Positions 19,163-28,423 of a stretch of 64,000 nucleotides of DNA are shown piece after piece. Source of the stretch: a virus. Each line of letters opens with the position of its first letter. The first letter of the stretch is position 1. The stretch lies in IMG/VR virus record IMGVR_UViG_3300027749_000073, positions 25,503 through 89,502 of that record. One strand, written 5' to 3'. The position numbers and the translations under genes were made by a program. Under the pieces are notes generated by a model. The model searched no databases, was not told the DNA's origin, and was given only the letters and a program-made list of their open reading frames with translations.

Positions 19163-22100
19163 ATGGCTGAATTTAAATTAGGTAGAATACGGTTTATCTG
19201 GAAAGGTGCATGGGCATCTTCTACAACGTATTTAAAAGATGATATCATACGAAATGGCGGAAAAACGTATGTGTGCGTAGTTGGGCATACAAGTTCTGCA
19301 GATTTCACAACAGATCTTAGTAATGTACCAACAAGGTGGAATCAAGTTTCTGATGGCACTGCATGGATGTCAGATTGGACTGTTAATACATACTATAGAT
19401 TAAATGATGTAGTAAAATACGGTGGTAAGCTGTATATCTGTACAGCAACACATACATCTGCTGCAACTATTACTTTAGGATTAGAAGCAAACATTGCAAG
19501 CTGGGATGTGTATGCAAATGGATTTAAATGGCAGACTACTTGGGCAACTTCTACAAAATACAGAATTAATGAAGTAGTAAAATACGGTGGTATTGTATAT
19601 GTCTGTAACACCGGACACACATCTGCTGCAACTGCAACTCTTGGTCTTGAAAACGATCAATCAAAATGGGATATTTTTCATAAAGGTCTTGATTATTTAG
19701 GACAATGGAGCGGAAGTTCTGTACGATATAAAGTTAACGATCTTGTTAACTATGGTGCAGATGTTTGGATTTGTACGACTTACCACACATCGGCTGCATC
19801 GTTTGTTGAGGCAAACTGGGCACGATTTGTAGAAGCATTAACATTTGAAAATACATGGTCAAGTGCTACTATTTACCAACCAGGTGATATCGTCGGATAC
19901 GGTGGTTACTCATATATCAGTAAAACAATAAACAGCAACGCTACTCCGTCTACAAGCACTGCAAACTGGGGATTATTTACCACTGGGTTTACATTAATTG
20001 GTGATTGGGCAACTTCTACATCTTACTTAGTTGGAAATATAGTTCGGTTAGGCGGTTATACCTATGTTGCAATCTTAGATCATACATCGAGTGGTTCAAG
20101 TACACCTCCAAATCTAACATATTGGTCAAGATTAAATTATGGTATCAGATGGAATAATACTGCTAAATCATATACCGGGTTAGCTGGTACAAATATCACC
20201 GGTACAGGAACAACTGCTACATTTAACGTGGCAACTGTCGGTACTGCGTATACTGTTACTGTAAATGCAGTAGGTACAGGATATGCGGCTACTAATACAA
20301 TTAAAATTTTAGGCACTGCAGTTGGCGGGTTAACTCCGTTTAATGATATTATAATTACAGTTGCTACTATTTCAGGTAGTGCAATTGCTACAATTACTTA
20401 TACAGGTATTGCATCAACTTGGGCAACTGCTACTGGATATGTTGCAGGTGATACTGTTAGTTTTGGACCAAACAGTTATATTTGTATCCTTGCTCACACT
20501 AGTGCTGCAGGTAACAGACCTGATGCAGACACAGTAGCAACATACTGGAACATGGTTGCAGCAGGTGCATCTACAAGTGTTTTAACAACAACTGGTGATA
20601 TTCCGTACATGGGAGCAAGTGGTTCTACTAGATTAGGTATAGGTTCTGCAGGACAAGTATTGAAAGTCTCTTCGAGTTTAGTGCCATTTTGGACATATTT
20701 TGGTATTATTGATCAGGTTTACTATGTTGCACCGACCGGAACAAACACTCCTGCACCTGACTATGGTGTTACTTTAGATCGTCCGTGGCTAACTGTTCGG
20801 TATGCAGCTGAACAAGTTGACGCAGGCCCATTAAATCCAAATGGCTCATATTTGCTTTCAAGAAATAGAAGTTATATCCAAAGTGAGATAATTGCATGGA
20901 TTAACTATCAAGTTACAAATAATATTGCGCCATTTGTAGGTTTTACGTATGTGCAAGCAACATGTCAACGTGACGTTGGGTATGTTATCGACGCGTTAGT
21001 ATACGATTTATCACATGGCGGTAATGCACGTTCGGTAGCAGTTGCACAAGCATATGTGGGCGGTACATATACTCAATTAGCTAATCAAAAAACACAAGAT
21101 GTTGCAGGTTATAATCAAATGGTGTCTGTTATTAACTCAGTTATTGCAAACTCTGCACCAGGTACAACATATCAAGCAACTGTTACACGGATTAGTGATT
21201 CTACAAAAACATTAGAAACTGGTGTTACTACATTAGTTACTAACCTAGTTAAAGTAATCACTGATGCAATCACCGCAGGTGTTTCTACAAATATTCCAGC
21301 AGTAGTTAATACTAACTATACAATTTTTGTCAAAACTGGTATTTACTATGAAACATTACCTATTATTGTTCCTGCAAATACTGCAATTGTTGGTGACGAA
21401 TTACGTTCATCTAATATTAGACCAAAGAGTACATCAATTGCAACTACTGATACAACTTATAGTATAGCAACGGTAACTAGATTACAAAGTATTATATCAA
21501 ACTTAGTACAAAATTTAACAGTTACTCCTACCACAGGCAATCCATTAACTCCAGTTACTACACGTCCTGCAAGTAATTCAACAGTAGGTACGGCGGCGGC
21601 GGCATTATTAACAAATTATATTGCTTATATCAACTGGTATATTAACAGTAGTGGTTCTGCTCCTGCATTAGTTGGCACAAATACACCAACTGCTACACAA
21701 GCATATTATGATGCAGTAGAAGTGTTAGAAGCAAATAAAGAATTTTTAGCTCAAGAAGCAGTTGCGTATACCAATTATACATACAGTACAACTGTATCAG
21801 CTACTGCTACAAATGGTAATATCACAGTTGCAAACTCTACTAACTTTGCAGTCGGTATGCCTGTAGTGTTTAGTGGTACTGTTGGTTCTTCTGGCATTGT
21901 AGTTGGAACTGTTTATTATGTTAAAACTTCAGCTGCTAACGTGTTAACTGTTGCTGCAACATCGGGCGGTACTGCACTAACATGGACAGCAACATCTGGC
22001 ATGTCATTTACCGTTACACTATCATATGTTTCTGCAACGTGTGCGCGTGATGTTAGAGTGTTAGTAAACGCAATAAAATATGACTTAGTTTATACTGGCA

Positions 22101-25100
22101 ATTATAAAACATTATTAGCTGCTCGTTATTACAGACGGTGTGTACAAACTTCAATAACTGAAGATATGTTCTATGTTCGTAATGCAACTGGGTTACGTAA
22201 CATGACAGTACAAGGGTTAACTGGTACGTTAGGCACTGCAAATACTTATGGAACAAAACGTCCAAGTGCTGGTGCATATGTTAGTTTAGATCCAGGTTGG
22301 GGTGCAGCAGACAATCGCACTTGGATTACATCACGTTCACCGTATATACAAAACGTAACAACTTTCGGAACTGGTTGTACTGGTTTAAAAATTGACGGAA
22401 CACTGCATAATGGCGGTAACCGATCAGTTGTAGCAAATGATTTTACTCAGATATTAAGTGATGGTATTGGTGTTTGGTGTACTGGTACTAGTTCATTAAC
22501 TGAATTAGTATCTGTGTTTTCATACTATGGCCACATTGGATACTTAGCAGAAAATGGTGGCAAAATTCGTGCTACAAATGGTAACAGTTCATACGGAACA
22601 TACGGAACCGTTGCAGAAGGAGTTGATTCATCTGAAACTGCATTAACTGCAACCGTTAACAACCGTGCTAATCAAGCATTAATTACTAATGTTGTTACTG
22701 ATTTAGTTAATAAAATTTATCGTGTAGAATATTCAAATGCTGGTACAGGTTATAATACTGCAACTTATGCATTTAGCGGGTCAGGTTATGGTGTTGTTTC
22801 TACAGGAAACGAATTTAGAGATAACGCAGTATTTGAAACAAGACTATTAACTAATGGTGCAAACTATGTAACTTCAACAAATACAGCACAAAATGGTAAC
22901 ACTGTTCAAATTACAATTGCTGCGGTTGATAGCGCAATTAGTAGTGCTTATGCAGGTATGAGAATCCAGTTATTAAGTGGCACAGGTGTAGGACAAAGTG
23001 GTTATATTGTTAACTACAACTCAGGTACTAAACTTGCGCTAGTTGCAAAGGAAAGTTTCCCAAGTATGACTGCAACTGCAACAACCGCAAGTTCTGATTT
23101 AATTACTGTTGCAAGCACAAGTACATTAACCGCAAATATGCCAGTTTATTTTAGTGCTGCTCTTGCTAATATTTCAGCAAATACGTTGTACTATGTTAAA
23201 ACTATTTCAAGTACTACACAATTTAGTATTAGTACGATTGCTGCTGGTACTGTATTTGATATTACAAGTGATACATCGGCGCAAACTGTAGCAGTTCATG
23301 CTGCAGGGTGGGATCATGCAATTAGTGGTACTCCGGCTGTTGCAGCATTAGACGTTACAACTAGTTACATTATTGAACCAAGAATTGTTTTTGCTTCGCC
23401 AACATACAGTACTAATACTAATACAATTGCATCAAATTCATGGGTTGACATAGCATATGGTGATATCTATGCTACTTATACAACTGTTGCAACGGTTGGC
23501 GGTTCTGGTTCTGGTGCAACAATTACTGTAACTAGAACGGGCAACACATATTCTGCTGCGCTTGGTTCAGGTGGAACCAATTATAAAATTGGGGATGTTG
23601 TTACAGTTCTTGGAACAAACTTAGGTGGAGTTGGTCATACCACTGCATTCTCTGCATCTTTTGGTTTACCAAGTTCTGCTAACTGGATATCAGTAACTTA
23701 CGGAAATGGTAAATTTGTTGCAGTGGCAAATGGTTCAACTGCAACAGCATATTCAACAGATGGTATTACATGGCTTACTCCTGGCATTGGGCTACCAAGT
23801 TCTACTACTTGGGAATCTGTTACTTACGGAAATGGCAAATTTGTTGCTATTGTAAACGCTTCAACTGCAGCAGCATATTCAACAGATGGTATTACATGGA
23901 ATGCAGCTAATGCTTTACCAAGTGCTGCTAGCTGGCAATCAGTTACCTATGGAAATGGTAAATTTGTTGCGGTAGCGTATGGTGCAACTGTAGCAGCATA
24001 TTCAACAGATGGTATTACATGGTTTGCATCTAATGCGTTACCAAGTGCTGCTAGCTGGGGATCTGTTACTTACGGAAACGGTAAATTTGTTGCAGTGGCA
24101 AATAGTTCAACTGCAGCAGCATATTCAACAGATGGTATTACATGGATTGCAGCTAATGCGTTACCGAGTGCTACTAACTGGCAATCAGTTACCTATGGAA
24201 ATGGTAAATTTGTTGCAGTGGCAAATGGTTCATCAACTGCAGCAGCATATTCAACAGATGGTATTACATGGTTTGCAGCTAATGCGTTACCAAGTGCTGC
24301 TAACTGGCAATCAGTTACTTACGGAAACGGTAAATTTGTTGCGGTAGCATATAGTTCAACTGCAGCAGCATATTCAACAGATGGCATTACTTGGGTTTCT
24401 GCTACGTCGCCAAGTGCTGCTAACTGGCAATCAGTTACCTATGGAAATGGTAAATTTGTTGCTGTGTCTTATGGTGCAACATCTGCTTCATACTTACCAG
24501 ACCTTAGTAACAACTTATACGTTACTGTAACTAACGTAGCAAGTGGTGTAATTAACAACTTTACATATGCAGGACAAGGGGCAGGTGGTAACTTTGTTGC
24601 AGTTCAAGCAAGTACAGGAACATATATAAGTACAACTGGTGCATCATGGTCAGCAGGCGGAGCATTGCCAACAGGATCGTGGACTTCTGTTGCGTACGGT
24701 GTAGTTAGTAGTGTTAGTACATGGGTAGTTGTACAAAATGGATCTAATAATACTGCATACTCAACTAACGGTGGAACAACTTGGACTACTGGGGGTACAT
24801 TATCTGTATCAGGAACCTGGTCAAGTATTGCATTTGGTAATGGGAAATTTATAACATTACTAGGTAGTGCATCGTCAACCACCGCTAATATTTCATCTAA
24901 TGGTGGAACCTCATGGACCGCAACTGGTACATTACCATCTGCTACATGGATTGCCGTAGCATACGGTGCCGGAACATGGGTTGCAATTGGAACAAGCGGA
25001 ACTGTTGCTGCATATTCAACTAATGACGGAACATCATGGACTTCGTCAACATTACCTACTAATGCAGGATGGACAAGTGTTACATACGGTAATGGAAGAT

Positions 25101-26440
25101 TTGTTGCAGTAGCAAACGGTACGGCAGCAGCATATTCATTAGACGGTATTACATGGTATAGTGTAACTTTACCCGTAAGTTCAAACTGGTCAAAAGTTAG
25201 ATATGGACAAGGTGTATTTGTTACTATACCTAGTTCTACACCAGCTAGCGCATTGTCATCGGAAGATGGGTTATTTTGGATATCTAGATCACTTCCAGTA
25301 AATGCTCTAATGTTTGCAATTGCATTTGGAAATCCTAATAATATTCCAACGTGGCCAATTTTGCCACAAGGAAATACATCAGGTATATACTTAACATTAG
25401 GTGCAACTGCTAAAGGTCGTGTAAAAGTATCAACTGGTTCTATCGGTGAATTTAGAATCGTTGAACCAGGCAGCAGTTATTCATCAGCACCGACATTAAC
25501 TATTACTGATTCAAATGCTACAAGTGCATTTACTTATACAGTTAGAACAGGTGTAGGTGCGCTAGCTAATCCAACTTTTACGAACAGAGGAACGCAATTT
25601 GCAACTGCAAGTGCAACTGTATCAGGTAATGGTTATGCAGATATGTATCAAACTGGTAATTATATTAACGTATCTGGGTTAACTAGTCAACCAACTGCTG
25701 GATCAAATATAGTATTTACAGGTAACTCAACAGTGTACAAACTAGTAGCAGTTACTAACTATCTAAGTTCAGGCGGTGGCATTGCACCATACAATGCAAC
25801 ATTCCAAGTTAGTCCAAGCATGACAATTACACTTGCACCTGCGCATATAACAGATACAACATTGCGTATTAAGTACAGTCAAGTACGATTAACTGGACAT
25901 GACTTTTTAAATATTGGTACTGGCAACATAACAAATACTAATTACCCAGGTACACCTAGTTTAGCTGTTGATAGTACAAAACAAACTGTTCAATATGGTG
26001 GTGGGCGTGTATTCTTTACTAGTACTGACCAAGACGGTAACTTTAACGTTGGTAACTTGTTCTCAGTACAACAATCAACTGGTGTTGCAACATTAAATGC
26101 AGACTCGTTTAACATTGCAGGATTAAATCAGTTGACACTAGGTGCAGTAACATTAGGCGGAACAAGTGCTACTATTACTTCGTTCTCAACTGATCCGTAC
26201 TTTACCTTAAACAGCGACAATGTTGTTCCGACACAAAAAGCTATTAAAGCATATATTTCAAGTCAAATAGGTGGCGGTGGTAGCTCTTTGAATGTAAATA
26301 CATTAACTGCAGGTGTTCTTTACCTTTCAGGTAATACAATTTCAACTACAACAGGTGTTCAAATTAACGTAACAACTAAACTTTATTTTATTGGCGGCGT
26401 TGATGGCTCACCAATGGCATTAACATACTTTTTAACATAA
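19163..26440 (+). CDS. Giant fibre protein: CBM-like repeats, beta-helix, BNR propellers (paralogue B2)
   Basis: Same MAEFKL..IRF.WKG N-terminus and architecture as 13511, plus extra inserted domains. Confidence 0.75.
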   Translation: MAEFKLGRIRFIWKGAWASSTTYLKDDIIRNGGKTYVCVVGHTSSADFTTDLSNVPTRWNQVSDGTAWMSDWTVNTYYRLNDVVKYGGKLYICTATHTSAATITLGLEANIASWDVYANGFKWQTTWATSTKYRINEVVKYGGIVYVCNTGHTSAATATLGLENDQSKWDIFHKGLDYLGQWSGSSVRYKVNDLVNYGADVWICTTYHTSAASFVEANWARFVEALTFENTWSSATIYQPGDIVGYGGYSYISKTINSNATPSTSTANWGLFTTGFTLIGDWATSTSYLVGNIVRLGGYTYVAILDHTSSGSSTPPNLTYWSRLNYGIRWNNTAKSYTGLAGTNITGTGTTATFNVATVGTAYTVTVNAVGTGYAATNTIKILGTAVGGLTPFNDIIITVATISGSAIATITYTGIASTWATATGYVAGDTVSFGPNSYICILAHTSAAGNRPDADTVATYWNMVAAGASTSVLTTTGDIPYMGASGSTRLGIGSAGQVLKVSSSLVPFWTYFGIIDQVYYVAPTGTNTPAPDYGVTLDRPWLTVRYAAEQVDAGPLNPNGSYLLSRNRSYIQSEIIAWINYQVTNNIAPFVGFTYVQATCQRDVGYVIDALVYDLSHGGNARSVAVAQAYVGGTYTQLANQKTQDVAGYNQMVSVINSVIANSAPGTTYQATVTRISDSTKTLETGVTTLVTNLVKVITDAITAGVSTNIPAVVNTNYTIFVKTGIYYETLPIIVPANTAIVGDELRSSNIRPKSTSIATTDTTYSIATVTRLQSIISNLVQNLTVTPTTGNPLTPVTTRPASNSTVGTAAAALLTNYIAYINWYINSSGSAPALVGTNTPTATQAYYDAVEVLEANKEFLAQEAVAYTNYTYSTTVSATATNGNITVANSTNFAVGMPVVFSGTVGSSGIVVGTVYYVKTSAANVLTVAATSGGTALTWTATSGMSFTVTLSYVSATCARDVRVLVNAIKYDLVYTGNYKTLLAARYYRRCVQTSITEDMFYVRNATGLRNMTVQGLTGTLGTANTYGTKRPSAGAYVSLDPGWGAADNRTWITSRSPYIQNVTTFGTGCTGLKIDGTLHNGGNRSVVANDFTQILSDGIGVWCTGTSSLTELVSVFSYYGHIGYLAENGGKIRATNGNSSYGTYGTVAEGVDSSETALTATVNNRANQALITNVVTDLVNKIYRVEYSNAGTGYNTATYAFSGSGYGVVSTGNEFRDNAVFETRLLTNGANYVTSTNTAQNGNTVQITIAAVDSAISSAYAGMRIQLLSGTGVGQSGYIVNYNSGTKLALVAKESFPSMTATATTASSDLITVASTSTLTANMPVYFSAALANISANTLYYVKTISSTTQFSISTIAAGTVFDITSDTSAQTVAVHAAGWDHAISGTPAVAALDVTTSYIIEPRIVFASPTYSTNTNTIASNSWVDIAYGDIYATYTTVATVGGSGSGATITVTRTGNTYSAALGSGGTNYKIGDVVTVLGTNLGGVGHTTAFSASFGLPSSANWISVTYGNGKFVAVANGSTATAYSTDGITWLTPGIGLPSSTTWESVTYGNGKFVAIVNASTAAAYSTDGITWNAANALPSAASWQSVTYGNGKFVAVAYGATVAAYSTDGITWFASNALPSAASWGSVTYGNGKFVAVANSSTAAAYSTDGITWIAANALPSATNWQSVTYGNGKFVAVANGSSTAAAYSTDGITWFAANALPSAANWQSVTYGNGKFVAVAYSSTAAAYSTDGITWVSATSPSAANWQSVTYGNGKFVAVSYGATSASYLPDLSNNLYVTVTNVASGVINNFTYAGQGAGGNFVAVQASTGTYISTTGASWSAGGALPTGSWTSVAYGVVSSVSTWVVVQNGSNNTAYSTNGGTTWTTGGTLSVSGTWSSIAFGNGKFITLLGSASSTTANISSNGGTSWTATGTLPSATWIAVAYGAGTWVAIGTSGTVAAYSTNDGTSWTSSTLPTNAGWTSVTYGNGRFVAVANGTAAAYSLDGITWYSVTLPVSSNWSKVRYGQGVFVTIPSSTPASALSSEDGLFWISRSLPVNALMFAIAFGNPNNIPTWPILPQGNTSGIYLTLGATAKGRVKVSTGSIGEFRIVEPGSSYSSAPTLTITDSNATSAFTYTVRTGVGALANPTFTNRGTQFATASATVSGNGYADMYQTGNYINVSGLTSQPTAGSNIVFTGNSTVYKLVAVTNYLSSGGGIAPYNATFQVSPSMTITLAPAHITDTTLRIKYSQVRLTGHDFLNIGTGNITNTNYPGTPSLAVDSTKQTVQYGGGRVFFTSTDQDGNFNVGNLFSVQQSTGVATLNADSFNIAGLNQLTLGAVTLGGTSATITSFSTDPYFTLNSDNVVPTQKAIKAYISSQIGGGGSSLNVNTLTAGVLYLSGNTISTTTGVQINVTTKLYFIGGVDGSPMALTYFLT
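22501..22593 (+). repeat. 93-bp near-identical repeat, copy 2
   Basis: See 15394-15486. Confidence 0.9.
23666..24495 (+). repeat. Seven tandem 120-126 bp intragenic repeats (BNR/propeller blades)
   Basis: GGAAAYGGYAAATTTGTTGC starts at 23702, 23828, 23951, 24074, 24197, 24323 and 24443; unit LPSAANWQSVTYGNGKFVAVA..STAAAYSTDGITW. Confidence 0.95.
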
Positions 26441-26457
26441 TTGGAGAATAAATAAAC

Positions 26458-26796
26458 ATGGCATCAGGAAGATTAGGCGTAGCAGACTTAGCGGCAACTA
26501 CATACACAAACGTGTATACTTGCCCTGCTACAACATTTACAGTTGCATCACTTACGATCTGTAACAGAAACGCAACATCAGTTCAAGTTCGTGTAGCATT
26601 AACAACAACATCAGCAGCAGGTAATACTGCTCCAGTAGATAACGCATTTCTTGAATATGGTGTTACTATTCCTGCTAACTCGGTGTTAGAACGTACTGGT
26701 TTAGTGTTGGATGCAACAAACAAATACTTAGTAGTATATTCAAGTACTACTGGTGTCAATGCTGTAGTGTACGGTATTGAAACAAGCACAGTTTAA
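26458..26796 (+). CDS. Small virion adaptor-like protein (paralogue 3)
   Basis: VASLTICNR...VLERTGLVL...VNAVVYGIE. Confidence 0.65.
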   Translation: MASGRLGVADLAATTYTNVYTCPATTFTVASLTICNRNATSVQVRVALTTTSAAGNTAPVDNAFLEYGVTIPANSVLERTGLVLDATNKYLVVYSSTTGVNAVVYGIETSTV

Positions 26797-26808
26797 TGGG
26801 AGAATAAT

Positions 26809-28422
26809 ATGGGAAGATTTGTCCCAATAACCGTAACAACAGTTATCGCAGAAAAGGCTGTTCCTGTAGTAACAGCTGCAAAGGCTTATTACGATGGTAA
26901 GCAATGTTGGCAATATAAAGTAGTGTATGATCGCCCTGGTAGTTATACCTGGACTGCACCAACTAATGCAGTTTGTGTCAGGACCGTATTAGTCGGGGGC
27001 GGCGGTAAGCCTAAGTGTAGCGGTACTAGCTTTGGCGGCGGAACCTGCTGCTCTTCTGCAGGCTCAGGTGGCGCATACAGTGAAAAATGTCACGGAGTAA
27101 CTGCAGGCACAACTACATTTAACCTAGTAGTAGGTAGACAAGAGCAAGATACTACACTAGCGTGTAATTCAGTTGCTGTCCACACCGCCGGCGGCGCAGC
27201 TGGATGTGTTCAAGGAGTAGCTACAGGCGGTGATTGGAACAGCACTGGAGGATTAGGTGGCTGGGGATGTACCTACTGCGGCGGCAGTTATAGTCATGGT
27301 ACTCAATGTTTCTATACTTGTTTTGCTAACTGTTGTGGTTATTGCATAGCGTATGTGTGCAACCCTACCGGAACTTGCGGTGATTGCGCAGCGTCATTTG
27401 CAGGCGGCGGATCAGCAGGCTCGCCTCGAGCACTCACTGGAGGATGTGCAAGTTGTATCTGTCAATACGTATCCAGCAGTGTTGCCGGCGGTGGCGCTGG
27501 TATAGGTGACGTATGTTGCAATATTCCAGTTTGGCATTACCCTTGTTGCAATTGTATATGCACTGTCTGGTTTTGTTGCGAAGCCACAAAACCGTGTTAC
27601 AATTACCCTACTAGTAATCAAGGCGGTGGTGGTTCGGAAGCCCGTTGTAATTTTTCATGCCGCAGCACAACGCAAACTTGTACATGGGGTTACTGGAAAT
27701 CAGGTGACGGCGGACCAGGAGGCCTTACTGATGAGAGTAGCACATACGGATGGGAATTTGAATGGGGATATCAGGGAAACTGTGTATATCCATTTGGTAT
27801 CCGCTGTATGGGACAAATTTCTCAACCGAGATGTGCATCTTCTGCACCGCAGAATGTGTGTGTTTTAAATCAACAGCAATGGGATATACAAAATATATCA
27901 GGATCAGGATCACCCGGAACTGGCTTGTTATATTGCTCATCATGCTACCCTTATGACTCTAACTCGACACCTCGCCCGCGAAATGCAGGCGAAGGCGCAG
28001 GAACAGGTGGTTTTTCATTATACAAGTGTGATGCTGAAAGCATGGATGATTTAGGCATAGGATACATGAGCAGCTCTGGTTATAACATGTTAAATTGGTT
28101 AAAGATTTGCCAATTAGGTATGTGCGGACAATGCGACCAAGCATGGCTTATGCAAGATGGGTTATTTCCATTCTTTATTACGTGTGCAGGTACACTAGGT
28201 GGCAGTGGAGGAGTAGGTATATGCGGTTATACTAGCAAAGCCGGAAAAGGTGGCGGCGGCGGCCAATCTAAAAATCAAATTTTATGTATATGTTACGGCG
28301 GTGCATTTAATTGTTGTAACCAGGTTGCAAGTACACCGTTAGCATTCCCGCCATGTTTACTAGACCAAATGGTAAGCAACGCAGGAACCGGCATGGCAAT
28401 TATATATTACAGGGAATCATAA
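26809..28422 (+). CDS. Cys/Gly-rich fibre-tip protein (paralogue C1)
   Basis: PGSYTWTAP...VLVGGGG glycine-rich phage fibre domain ending AGTGMAIIYY; about 50 Cys in 537 aa by hand count. Confidence 0.7.
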   Translation: MGRFVPITVTTVIAEKAVPVVTAAKAYYDGKQCWQYKVVYDRPGSYTWTAPTNAVCVRTVLVGGGGKPKCSGTSFGGGTCCSSAGSGGAYSEKCHGVTAGTTTFNLVVGRQEQDTTLACNSVAVHTAGGAAGCVQGVATGGDWNSTGGLGGWGCTYCGGSYSHGTQCFYTCFANCCGYCIAYVCNPTGTCGDCAASFAGGGSAGSPRALTGGCASCICQYVSSSVAGGGAGIGDVCCNIPVWHYPCCNCICTVWFCCEATKPCYNYPTSNQGGGGSEARCNFSCRSTTQTCTWGYWKSGDGGPGGLTDESSTYGWEFEWGYQGNCVYPFGIRCMGQISQPRCASSAPQNVCVLNQQQWDIQNISGSGSPGTGLLYCSSCYPYDSNSTPRPRNAGEGAGTGGFSLYKCDAESMDDLGIGYMSSSGYNMLNWLKICQLGMCGQCDQAWLMQDGLFPFFITCAGTLGGSGGVGICGYTSKAGKGGGGGQSKNQILCICYGGAFNCCNQVASTPLAFPPCLLDQMVSNAGTGMAIIYYRES

Positions 28423-28423
28423 T

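Noticed and set aside
15394-22593. DGR template/variable repeat pair
   Set aside because: Both copies are coding, differ by one synonymous T/C change, and no reverse transcriptase is nearby.
24009-24347. Repetitive alternative-frame ORF
   Set aside because: By-product of the tandem repeats in the main frame.
23666-24495. CRISPR array or diversity-generating retroelement repeats
   Set aside because: Units are in-frame coding repeats with no unique spacers; differences are not adenine-specific; no cas or reverse transcriptase gene in the window.
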